A stretch of DNA of 64,000 nucleotides. It comes from a bacterium. GTDB taxonomy: Bacteria > Bacteroidota > Bacteroidia > Bacteroidales > UBA3663. Within the stretch, counting starts at the first letter, position 1. Each line of letters begins with the position of its first letter. A program made the translations under genes and the position numbers. Location: positions 1,368 to 65,367 of the forward strand of contig CAVGQN010000001.1 of NCBI GenBank assembly GCA_963631395.1, in the 5' to 3' direction. This document shows, piece after piece, positions 29,390 to 37,764 of the stretch. The notes under the pieces were generated by a model. The model was not told the origin of the DNA and did not search any database. It was given only the letters and a program-made list of their open reading frames with translations.

Positions 29390-31384
29390 ATGCGACATTC
29401 TCTTCTACTGATAGCCATCATCCTGCTGACGGGATTCATGCAGACGCTTTGTGCTCAGGTCACACAGCGCGGATTCGTATATGAGTATACCGAGGAGGGT
29501 ACCAGAGCCCCATTGGCCAATGTCGAGATTGTGGTAGCCAACGCCGGCTCGACAGTCACCAATGCCAAGGGAGAGTTCACCCTGCGCTTCCAGAAGCTTA
29601 AGCCGGGAGACAAGGTGACGGTGCGCTACATCCGTAAGCCCGGTTACGAACTGCTCAATCCAGAGGTCCTTGACCAATGGTTCGTAGCAGGTGACGGTAC
29701 GCCGTACGGCATCGTGGTCGCCAAGTCGTCGATGTTGGCTGCCGCTCGCATGAAGGTGTCTGCCGCTGCACAGCGGCAGGCCGAAGCCCAGTATATGGTA
29801 GCACGTGAGCAGTTGCAGGACCAGTACAAAAAGAACCAGACCGACGAAGCCCAATATCAGCAGAAACTTCAGCAACTCGAGGAGGACTATGCCCATAAGC
29901 TACGCAACATCGAGACTTACATTGACCGCTTCGTGCGTATCGACAAGACGAAACTGACCCAGACGGAGCACGAGGCTGTCGAGCTGGTCAGCAAGGGCGA
30001 GTTTGACGAGGCCTTGGCTCTGTACGAGAATGCTGACCTTTTGGCCAGATACAAACAGCAGACCGAGAACCTCCATCAGTTGGACAATGACACGAAGGCA
30101 CTCGAGAAGGCCCACCTCGAAATACTCAGCGAGAAGGCGATGCTTAAGGATGCCCTCAACCGTCAGATTGTCTTGCTGCGCATGAAGGGTGGCAAGGAGA
30201 ATCTCGACCATGCCTTGACGTTGCTGCACGACATGGCCTTTACAGACCCCGATGATGTGGAGCCGATGTTCTATTACATCAAGATTCTGTATCAGATGGG
30301 CTACTATAAGGAAGCGCGTGAGGTCTGCCACACGATGTCGGAGCACCATTATGCCAAGTCAGATACCGTCATCCATTACGGAGCGCAACTGTATGAGAGT
30401 CTCGTCCTGCAGGCCATGGGAGAGGAAGATGCCGGCGACAGTCTGCTGCATATAGCCTTTGACAATCTGGCCAATACTTCTGGTGGCATTACAGATAGTG
30501 TAAGATACCTGTGGGGTATAGCTATCGGCTGCGAAAACCTGGGCGAACGCTATTGCGCAAAGTTCCAGTACAAGGAGGGCTATGATTATCTGATGAACGG
30601 ACTGAAGGCCTTGCGGCGTGCCCTCGATATCGACCACCTGCACTATTCGGAGACCAAGGGGCGCTATGCCAACCTGTTGGTTACGGCTTCTGCTGCGCTG
30701 TGCCAGTCGGAGTATGTCGACGAGTGCCGGACCATGGTGCAGCAGGGCATCGAGATGCTTACGCCTAAATACAACCGGAGTCCGTATCTGTATGTCGGTG
30801 ACCTGGCCTTTGCGTGGGATATCCTCGGACTGACGGAGTACATCGTAGGCGATAACTACGACAAGGCGGAATCGGCCTTCCTGACCGGATTGAAGTACTA
30901 TGAGGCAGCGGCTGAACGCAATCCTTTGCGTTGTCTGCCGCGTATGGCCCGTTGCAGTCATCATCTAGGCGACTTGTACTATTCGCGTCGGGACTGGTCA
31001 AGGGCTCTATCTTACTACGAGAAGAGTCGCGATATCTGGACAGAGAACGCGACCGAAGAGCGTACCTTCGAGGACGAAATCAGCGAGGTGTACTTCGACC
31101 TGGGTTCTTGTCATTACTTCCTGGCTGACTACAAGAAAGCCCTGGAGTACGACATCATTGCACTCGACCGCACGGAGCCGCTCTATTATTCCAACCCTAC
31201 GCTGTTTGGTTCGCAGATGAGCATGTGCCTGCGCCATTTGGCCAATGTCTACAACCGGATGGACCAGTATGAACTGGCTCTCGTCTACTGCCGTCGTGCC
31301 ATCGTCATCGAGCCTACCCACAGCGGCAACCGCGCTCTGCTCAACGAACTCCAGCAGAAGGTCAAACACAACAGCCAGACCTAA
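29390..31384 (+). CDS. Secreted protein with an N-terminal CarboxypepD_reg-like beta-sandwich, a coiled coil and TPR repeats
   Basis: Signal peptide MRHSLLLIAIILLTGFMQTLCAQ. It is followed by GFVYEYTEEG...LANVEIVV...NAKGEFTL, a Q/E/K-rich coiled coil (aa about 120-270), and then TPR-like repeats (ALSYYEKSRDIW..., ALEYDIIALD..., ALVYCRRAIVIEP). Confidence 0.6.
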   Translation: MRHSLLLIAIILLTGFMQTLCAQVTQRGFVYEYTEEGTRAPLANVEIVVANAGSTVTNAKGEFTLRFQKLKPGDKVTVRYIRKPGYELLNPEVLDQWFVAGDGTPYGIVVAKSSMLAAARMKVSAAAQRQAEAQYMVAREQLQDQYKKNQTDEAQYQQKLQQLEEDYAHKLRNIETYIDRFVRIDKTKLTQTEHEAVELVSKGEFDEALALYENADLLARYKQQTENLHQLDNDTKALEKAHLEILSEKAMLKDALNRQIVLLRMKGGKENLDHALTLLHDMAFTDPDDVEPMFYYIKILYQMGYYKEAREVCHTMSEHHYAKSDTVIHYGAQLYESLVLQAMGEEDAGDSLLHIAFDNLANTSGGITDSVRYLWGIAIGCENLGERYCAKFQYKEGYDYLMNGLKALRRALDIDHLHYSETKGRYANLLVTASAALCQSEYVDECRTMVQQGIEMLTPKYNRSPYLYVGDLAFAWDILGLTEYIVGDNYDKAESAFLTGLKYYEAAAERNPLRCLPRMARCSHHLGDLYYSRRDWSRALSYYEKSRDIWTENATEERTFEDEISEVYFDLGSCHYFLADYKKALEYDIIALDRTEPLYYSNPTLFGSQMSMCLRHLANVYNRMDQYELALVYCRRAIVIEPTHSGNRALLNELQQKVKHNSQT

Positions 31385-31401
31385 GGACTGGCTTGCAAGT
31401 G

Positions 31402-32496
31402 ATGGGAAAGCGCTCTGTATCTATCGATATTGCAAAGGGGGTAGCCATTATAGCTATCGTCTGCGGTCATATCAGTTTTCCCTACCCGTCGGGACATTTG
31501 TTATACACCAAAGACCTGTTCGCTTCCCTTTGGCATGTTGCCGTATTCTTTCTGTTAGCCGGCTTTTTCATCAAAGAGGACCAGTTGGTACAACCCAAAC
31601 TGTGGTTCAGGAAGAAGTTTTCGGGTCTCTACTTGAAGATTCAGTATTTCTACATTCCGGCCGTACTGCTTCACAATGTCTTGATTGACATAGGATGGTA
31701 TTCGTTGGAGTCAACCTCTCCTGTGATACATACGTACTTGGCGATAGATTTCGTCAAGCAGACTATCCTGGCTGTGTGTTGCGCGGGTCGAGAGCCAATA
31801 CTTGGCGCTATGTGGTTCGTATATGCCCTCTTTATCGCATTGATAGGTTTGTCTGTGCTGTCCTGGGCCTGTAAGAAGATTGCGAAAGACATTCGTCAGT
31901 ACGAGTGGACGAGAGTCATTTTACTGCTTGTGCTATGTGTCATAGCGGGGATAATGAGCAACAAGTATGGAGTGTCAATCAAACGCTTCAGCAATATTCC
32001 CACGGCTATGCTGTTGATATATGTAGGTATGCAGATGTATCAGCGGGTGAAGTTGCAGTTCACTAATGGCTATGTGGCGATGGTTTGTGCTATTCTCGTT
32101 TTTGAAATAGCTTGTATGTTGGGCGGTGTCGGACTTGGAGGTAACTTGTACAAGGATATCTGTCAGGTGATAGTGGCAGCACCCGCAGCGCTCTATATCA
32201 TAATGTATATTGGGAAACATATAGAGCGGAACTGGATAGGCAAAGCGTTGGCATATGTAGGCAAGAATTCGTTTTATGTGATGGCTCTTCACTTTGTCGG
32301 CTTTAAGTGCTGCACGCTAATGTTCAATGCATTGGTCTCCGACAGTTGGGATATCAGCGAACTTCAGGCCCCAGCCGGAGACAATATCCTCCTATTGATT
32401 CTATACGGCCTGTTCGGCGTTATAGTGCCTCTAGTATTTATGTGGATTTTCAGGAAAGTCCGCAGTGCCGTAAATGTAATCATGTGTGGGCGTTAG
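31402..32496 (+). CDS. Acyltransferase family 3 integral membrane protein
   Basis: The ATG at 31402 (MGKRSVSIDIAKGVAIIAIVCGH...) is the typical acyltransferase-3 N-terminus. The protein is polytopic and hydrophobic throughout. Confidence 0.7.
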   Translation: MGKRSVSIDIAKGVAIIAIVCGHISFPYPSGHLLYTKDLFASLWHVAVFFLLAGFFIKEDQLVQPKLWFRKKFSGLYLKIQYFYIPAVLLHNVLIDIGWYSLESTSPVIHTYLAIDFVKQTILAVCCAGREPILGAMWFVYALFIALIGLSVLSWACKKIAKDIRQYEWTRVILLLVLCVIAGIMSNKYGVSIKRFSNIPTAMLLIYVGMQMYQRVKLQFTNGYVAMVCAILVFEIACMLGGVGLGGNLYKDICQVIVAAPAALYIIMYIGKHIERNWIGKALAYVGKNSFYVMALHFVGFKCCTLMFNALVSDSWDISELQAPAGDNILLLILYGLFGVIVPLVFMWIFRKVRSAVNVIMCGR

Positions 32497-32590
32497 CCCC
32501 TTACTTTAGGTCCTTTGCTTTAGGAGGTTTCTTTCAACCCCTTGTTTCCGACCTTTACTTCAGTCCCTTATTTCAGACCCTTGGCCTGCA
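32497..32590. repeat. Seven degenerate tandem units of about 13-17 nt that run into the 3' end of trxB
   Basis: The units are ccccttactttaggt / cctttgctttaggaggt / ttctttcaac / cccttgtttccga / cctttacttcagt / cccttatttcaga / cccttggcctgca. The last two encode the trxB C-terminus and stop codon on the minus strand. Confidence 0.65.
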
Positions 32591-33509
32591 GATACCGTTC
32601 GGCTTCGATGGCGGCTTTCGCCCCTGAGGCGGCGGCTATGATGCCCTGCCGGTAGACGGGGTCGGCCACATCGCCGGCGGCGTAGACGCCCTCGATGCTG
32701 GTGGCCGTCGACGCGCCTGCGGTCTTGATAAACCCTTGGCTGTCGGTCTCAAGCTGGCCGCTGAAGAGCTCGGTGTTGGGACGATGTCCGATGGCCAGGA
32801 AGAAGCCGTCGATGGCGATGTCAAATGACTCCTCCTGCGGTTGGCCCTTATAGCGCACCAAATGCGCTCCCTCGACACCATTGTCGCCGAAGAGACCCAG
32901 CGTGTTGGTGTTGTACAGGATTTCGATGTTCTCCTTCTCTTCCACGCGCTGACGCATTATCTCGGTAGCGCGGAGATAAGGTTTGCGCACTATCATATAG
33001 ACCTTACGGGCTAGTCCGGACAGGTACATGGCTTCCTCGCAGGCTGTGTCGCCGCCCCCCACTACAGCTACCGTCTTCTTGCGATAGAAGAAGCCGTCGC
33101 AGGTGGCGCATGCCGACACTCCCATGCCGGCATACTTCCTTTCGTCGTCGAGTCCGAGGTACTTGGCGCTTGCTCCTGTGGCGATGATGACCGTATCGGC
33201 CTCGACGGTGTTGCCTCGGTCGTCCTCCAGACGGAAGGGACGAGACGTAAGGTCGGCCTTGACGATGCTGCCGTCGCGGACGTCGGCCCCGAACCGTACG
33301 GCCTGCTCGCGCATACTGTCCATCAGCTGGTTGGCATCGATGCCCTGTGCGAATCCGGGGTAGTTTTCTACCACGGTCGTGGTGGTCAGCTGTCCGCCAG
33401 GCAGCAATCCGCAGTAGAGCACGGGCGAGAGTCCGGACCGTCCGCCGTAGATGGCGGCGGTGTAGCCTGCCGGTCCGCTGCCGATGATGAGCGTCTTGAC
33501 TTTTTCCAT
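32568..33509 (-). CDS. trxB: Thioredoxin-disulfide reductase
   Basis: 313 aa with GSGPAGYTAAIY (FAD site), the redox-active CATCDG, and GGGDTACEEA (NADPH site). Confidence 0.92.
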   Translation of the reverse strand: MEKVKTLIIGSGPAGYTAAIYGGRSGLSPVLYCGLLPGGQLTTTTVVENYPGFAQGIDANQLMDSMREQAVRFGADVRDGSIVKADLTSRPFRLEDDRGNTVEADTVIIATGASAKYLGLDDERKYAGMGVSACATCDGFFYRKKTVAVVGGGDTACEEAMYLSGLARKVYMIVRKPYLRATEIMRQRVEEKENIEILYNTNTLGLFGDNGVEGAHLVRYKGQPQEESFDIAIDGFFLAIGHRPNTELFSGQLETDSQGFIKTAGASTATSIEGVYAAGDVADPVYRQGIIAAASGAKAAIEAERYLQAKGLK

Positions 33510-33512
33510 ACG

Positions 33513-34574
33513 TCAGAAGCGGAAGTATAGTTCGCCCCAGAGTTCGTTGTAGTGGACATCGCCGCGGCCGCGGTTAGAGCGGTTGTCGTTCCAGTTGTAC
33601 TGCACCTGTAGCTTGAGGTTCTTGTGCAGCTGTATCTCCGGGATGATAGAGTAGATGTTGGATGACTGACTCCATTCCTTGCCGAGACGGTAGACGTCGT
33701 ATTTGGCCGAGATGCGCAGCCAGTCGTTGATGGGCATGCCGCCCAGCACATACCAGGCATCGGCATTTCCCTTGCCATGGTTAGACTGTCCGTGGCCCCA
33801 TTCGGCGCGCGCTGACCAGCCGTTGTTTTCGTATTTGGCACCGAAGGCGTAGCGGTTGCGGTCGTAGTTGATGCCATCGTCGGCAATGAAGTTGCCGTGC
33901 CATCCGAAGAATCCGACATAGAGGTTCTTGATGGGCTGCACCTGTATGGTGCCGATGATGTCTTTCTTGCCGTCCTTGTCCTTGCTGTTGATGCCCTGGC
34001 CGTTCCATAGTCCCACTTGATAGTGAATCAGATCGTGGTTGTCCTTGCCTACGGGCAGGAGGTCACCCTGTATCTGGATGCCCTGGTCACGTCCGCCGTT
34101 GCTGCTGGTAGCATCGCCCACATAGTCGCCCATGCCGGTCAGTTTCTTTGTGAACTGTGAGTAGTCGCCCGTCGAGATGTCCCAGGGGTTCATGGGATTC
34201 TCGAAGCCGAAAGCGCGTTTGAACTGACCGACCTTGACCTTGAAGAAACTGTACTTCTGCCATTCGAGGAACACGTCCTTCATGTGGAAGTTGCTGTTGC
34301 AGAGTTCGACCTGAACCCTGTATTTGAAGTCTCCGAAGATGGTGCCGTCCACGTAGGCACGGATGAGGCGGTGCGACAGACCATCGCCGCCATGAGAGTA
34401 GTCTTTGTCAGAGTAGGCATATTTGCCGATGTAGTAACCTCCGAATTTAGGCACGGAGGCGTACTTGGTGACGGTGCGGCCATACTCGGGAGCGGTCTCC
34501 GTCTCAGCCGGTGCAGCCCCCATAGCAGGGCATACAGCCAGAACCGATGCAGCTAAACAGAATAGCAATTTCAT
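33513..34574 (-). CDS. Porin O/P-like (anion-selective) outer-membrane porin
   Basis: 353 aa with a signal peptide. The Porin_O_P-like pattern is RLIRAYVDG...FKYRVQVEL...KDVFLEWQKY...VKVGQFKRAFGFENP. The C-terminus is ...LYFRF. Confidence 0.6.
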   Translation of the reverse strand: MKLLFCLAASVLAVCPAMGAAPAETETAPEYGRTVTKYASVPKFGGYYIGKYAYSDKDYSHGGDGLSHRLIRAYVDGTIFGDFKYRVQVELCNSNFHMKDVFLEWQKYSFFKVKVGQFKRAFGFENPMNPWDISTGDYSQFTKKLTGMGDYVGDATSSNGGRDQGIQIQGDLLPVGKDNHDLIHYQVGLWNGQGINSKDKDGKKDIIGTIQVQPIKNLYVGFFGWHGNFIADDGINYDRNRYAFGAKYENNGWSARAEWGHGQSNHGKGNADAWYVLGGMPINDWLRISAKYDVYRLGKEWSQSSNIYSIIPEIQLHKNLKLQVQYNWNDNRSNRGRGDVHYNELWGELYFRF

Positions 34575-34607
34575 TGTTAGTCGATAAGGGATATAAATAT
34601 GAGAAAA

Positions 34608-34630
34608 GAGAGGGGATGAAGTCCCCTCTC
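34608..34630 (-). terminator. Short hairpin between the DASS permease and porin genes
   Basis: gagagggga / tcccctctc forms a 9-bp stem with a 5-nt loop. It could be an internal attenuator rather than a full terminator. Confidence 0.35.
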
Positions 34631-34652
34631 AGTATGTTGTACGTGCAATCCG

Positions 34653-36155
34653 TTATCCGAAGATGAACGGCAGTTTGAGCCAGAAGTAACCGATTACGAG
34701 TCCTAGCACACCAACGGCGAAGCCGACCTTCATCATATCGCTCTGCTTGATGAAGCCCGTAGAGTGGGCGATGGCGTTAGGAGGTGTGGAGATGGGAAGA
34801 ATCATAGAGACAGAAGCTGCAATGGCTACATACAGCAGCATCTGTACGGCTCCGCCTTGTGACAGCGGTGCGACACTGGGATCAGTCGGGTGCATCATGG
34901 CTCCGGCTACGACACCCAACACCGGCACAAGCAGCGAGGCTGCAGCCGAGTGGCTGATGAAGTTCGAGAATCCGAAGCAGACCAATGCGGCGAGAACCAT
35001 AACCAGGGCAGGCGAGAACTTGCTGAACGGGATGGAGCCGATGAGCACTTTGTCAAGGCCCGTCTCAGCGAGACATACGCCGAGGGCAAAACCACCGGCC
35101 ACCATCCAGAGGACAGCCCAGTTGATTTCCTCCAAATCCTTCTTCGTAATAATGCCGCTGACTGCAAATATGGCGACAGGGAAGAGTGCGACGATATAGC
35201 AATTCAAGCCGAGGTCGAACACATCGGCGAAGCACCATAGAAAAATCGTGATAGCAAAAGTGATAATGACAATCCAGGCCTTGTAGGTCCAGTGGAATTC
35301 GCCGTCGATGACCAAATGAATCTCCTTCTGCTGGAACGGGAAGAGGAAACGCAGTATCATCCATCCGCAGAAGAGCAGGATGAGGACAAACGGAATAATC
35401 TTGAGCATCCACTCTCCGAAACCGATGCCGATGCCGAGCTGCTCGTCCAGGTAGCCGAGCACGATGGAGTTAGGAGGCGTGCCGATAGGAGTGGCGATAC
35501 CGCCGATGTTGGCGCCCAGCGGGATGGCCAAAGCCAGGGCTGCACGGTCTTTCGACCCCTCGGGCATAGCCCTAAGCACAGGGGTAAGGAAGGCGAGCAT
35601 CATGGCTGCCGTAGCCGTATTGGAAACGAAGGCAGAGAAGGTGGCGGTGACCAGAATGAAGCCCAGCATCACCATCGACGGCTTGCTGCCGAAGGGGATG
35701 AGCAGCTTCTTGGCCAAAATCACATCCAGTCCGGTCTTGGTCAAAGCAATGGCCAGAATGAAACCGCCGATGAAAAGCAGGATAGTCGGGTTGGCGAAGC
35801 AGGCCATAATGGACTTATAGCTGACATACTTGGCGCCCTCGACACCCATGAGCGGAGTGAGACTGTAGTTGGATACCGTAAACAGCATCACGACGATAAT
35901 CAAGGTAGAGGTACACCAGGAGGGGATAGCCTCAGTGAGCCATGCAATGGCGGCGAAGACGAAAATCGCGATGACACGTTGCTGAACGGGGTTGAGACCC
36001 TCAATGCCGAAAGCTTCAGTCGGAAGCAATGCGATGACTATCGAAATGACGGCAGCAATCAGCGCTTTGATATAGCCCGACATTTTAAAGCGTTTTTTTA
36101 GCTTCTCCTTGTGATACGAATCAGCAAGGTTATTGCCCTTGAAATTGGTAAACAT
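34653..36155 (-). CDS. DASS/SLC13-family anion (sulfate or di/tricarboxylate) symporter
   Basis: 500 aa and polytopic. Duplicated hairpin motifs are present (ATPIGTPPNSIVLG and ILPISTPPNAIAHS), typical of DASS/CitT-like permeases. An alternative start at 36083 (MSGYIKAL...) is possible. Confidence 0.75.
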   Translation of the reverse strand: MFTNFKGNNLADSYHKEKLKKRFKMSGYIKALIAAVISIVIALLPTEAFGIEGLNPVQQRVIAIFVFAAIAWLTEAIPSWCTSTLIIVVMLFTVSNYSLTPLMGVEGAKYVSYKSIMACFANPTILLFIGGFILAIALTKTGLDVILAKKLLIPFGSKPSMVMLGFILVTATFSAFVSNTATAAMMLAFLTPVLRAMPEGSKDRAALALAIPLGANIGGIATPIGTPPNSIVLGYLDEQLGIGIGFGEWMLKIIPFVLILLFCGWMILRFLFPFQQKEIHLVIDGEFHWTYKAWIVIITFAITIFLWCFADVFDLGLNCYIVALFPVAIFAVSGIITKKDLEEINWAVLWMVAGGFALGVCLAETGLDKVLIGSIPFSKFSPALVMVLAALVCFGFSNFISHSAAASLLVPVLGVVAGAMMHPTDPSVAPLSQGGAVQMLLYVAIAASVSMILPISTPPNAIAHSTGFIKQSDMMKVGFAVGVLGLVIGYFWLKLPFIFG

Positions 36156-36201
36156 GAAAGAGGTATAAAATAATAGTGTGTGTTGGTGTTAAATTTCCAC
36201 G

Positions 36202-36209
36202 CAAAGGTA
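36202..36209 (-). promoter_or_regulatory. -7 box TACCTTTG (minus strand) for the DASS / porin / trxB unit
   Basis: Plus-strand caaaggta lies 47 nt upstream of the start at 36155. Confidence 0.45.
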
Positions 36210-36402
36210 GCGTATTTCTCAATAGCCTGGTTTTTGCGAGTGTATATTTTTCCATTATTGTCCAATCACGTCGTTGCAACGTAAACTCGACTTCACAATA
36301 ATTGAATTTTTATGTGTTTCTACAGCCTTTTGCCAAGGGCGGGTTGCGAATGTGAAACTGCAAATTTTCGCCGCAACACTTGTGCAGTCGGCCAATAATG
36401 GC

Positions 36403-36410
36403 TATATTTG
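36403..36410 (+). promoter_or_regulatory. -7 box TATATTTG for the ECF sigma gene
   Basis: Exact TAnnTTTG match 96 nt upstream of the ATG at 36506. Confidence 0.4.
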
Positions 36411-36505
36411 CAAAAAAAATAAACTTTTTATCCGAAGTCTGTAGTTTTTGATATAGAAGAAGCGTTTATAGGGCAGAAACGTTTCTACTAAAAAACAAAA
36501 TAACA

Positions 36506-36982
36506 ATGGAAATGACTGAACAACAGTTTGAAAAACTCGTCAAGGAAAACAAGGACACCATATACACGGTGTGCTATATGTTCTCCAACGACGCAGACGA
36601 GGTGGCCGACCTCTTCCAGGAGTCCCTTGTCAACCTATGGAAAGGCTGCTCGCGTATGGAGGAGTCGAATGTGAAAGGCTGGGTCTACCGCGTGTGCCTC
36701 AACACCTGCATCTCGCAGGAACGCAAAAAGCAGCGGCACCAGCACGAGCCCTTGACGATGGACATCTCGCCCTTCGATGAGGATGATGCACAGTTCAAGC
36801 AGGTGGGAATGCTCCACGAGCGTATCGGGCACCTGCAATTTTTTGACCGCGCCATCGTCCTGCTCTGGCTCGAGGACCTCAGCTACGATGAAATCGGTCA
36901 GATACTCGGCATCTCGTCCAAGAATGTGTCTGTTCGGTTGGTCCGCATCAAAGAACAACTCAAAAAAATGTCAAACGATTAA
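36506..36982 (+). CDS. ECF-type RNA polymerase sigma-70 factor
   Basis: 158 aa. Region 2 is DLFQESLVNLWKG...WVYRVCLNTCIS. Region 4 is LSYDEIGQILGISSKNVSVRLVRIKEQL. Confidence 0.85.
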   Translation: MEMTEQQFEKLVKENKDTIYTVCYMFSNDADEVADLFQESLVNLWKGCSRMEESNVKGWVYRVCLNTCISQERKKQRHQHEPLTMDISPFDEDDAQFKQVGMLHERIGHLQFFDRAIVLLWLEDLSYDEIGQILGISSKNVSVRLVRIKEQLKKMSND

Positions 36983-36996
36983 CTACAACTATTATT

Positions 36997-37596
36997 ATGA
37001 ATACTCTGAACAATGTCAATACGATAGAAGAACTGGAGCAGATGCGCCAGGAGTTCGGCAACTTCAAGGCTATCCTGAAGAAACAACAGATAGTCAGTGA
37101 GAAAATGATGCGCCGCGCTATGCAGAAAGATTACGCCAAGGAGCGCAAAAGCGTGTGGCTGGTAGTCATACTCGTGCTCTTGTTCTATCTGCCATTCGGC
37201 GGCATGGTCTTCTGTACGGACATATTCCCGATGTGGTTCTTTGTCTTCACGATTTTCTTCACGCTGGTTTGCATCGGTGCGACGGTCTACACGATACGGC
37301 GTTATGTGTCGGACGACCTGATGACGGGCGATGTCGTCACGGTGGCGGAGCATTTGGCCAACTACAAGCGTTTTAACAACAGTTGGCTCCTCTATTTCGG
37401 TATCCCCGTCCTGGTGCTGTGGCTCGGACTATTCTTCTACTTCGTCGGACAGAATGCCGGAGACTTTGCCCGTGGCATGTTAGTCGGGGGTATTGTAGGC
37501 GGCATCATAGGCGGTATCTGCGGTGTCCGTTACTATCTCGACTCGATGCGGCGCGTCAACGGTATACTGGCTCAGATAGAGGAACTGAAGGCATAA
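36997..37596 (+). CDS. Four-TM membrane protein, putative partner (anti-sigma?) of the ECF sigma factor
   Basis: 199 aa, 14 nt downstream of the sigma gene. It has an N-terminal cytoplasmic helix, four hydrophobic segments and a C-terminal helix. I saw no recognisable zinc-finger anti-sigma motif. Confidence 0.45.
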   Translation: MNTLNNVNTIEELEQMRQEFGNFKAILKKQQIVSEKMMRRAMQKDYAKERKSVWLVVILVLLFYLPFGGMVFCTDIFPMWFFVFTIFFTLVCIGATVYTIRRYVSDDLMTGDVVTVAEHLANYKRFNNSWLLYFGIPVLVLWLGLFFYFVGQNAGDFARGMLVGGIVGGIIGGICGVRYYLDSMRRVNGILAQIEELKA

Positions 37597-37655
37597 TCAA
37601 CCCGGTGAGCAAGTTACTGCCGGACGTGTCATAGTCAGGTACTTCGACAAAAAAT

Positions 37656-37694
37656 GCCGTCGGGCAGTCAATGATAAAGAGACTGCCCGACGGC
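37656..37694. terminator. Bidirectional terminator hairpin between convergent genes
   Basis: gccgtcgggcagtc / gactgcccgacggc forms a perfect 14-bp stem with an 11-nt loop. An A-tract lies upstream. Confidence 0.6.
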
Positions 37695-37764
37695 TTATCG
37701 GTTATGTCAGCACGCAGCACTATAGGTTCAGACTTATGTGCTGCGTGCGGTGAGTTGCGATGTA

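Noticed and set aside
33386-33919. Alternative-frame ORFs inside the trxB/porin region (33386..33919, 177 aa; 33781..34008) and inside the DASS gene (35292..36101, 269 aa; 34747..35199).
   Set aside because: They are out-of-frame or antisense shadows of well-supported genes. Their composition is biased (S/T/A/R- or D/E/G/H-rich) and they contain no motifs.
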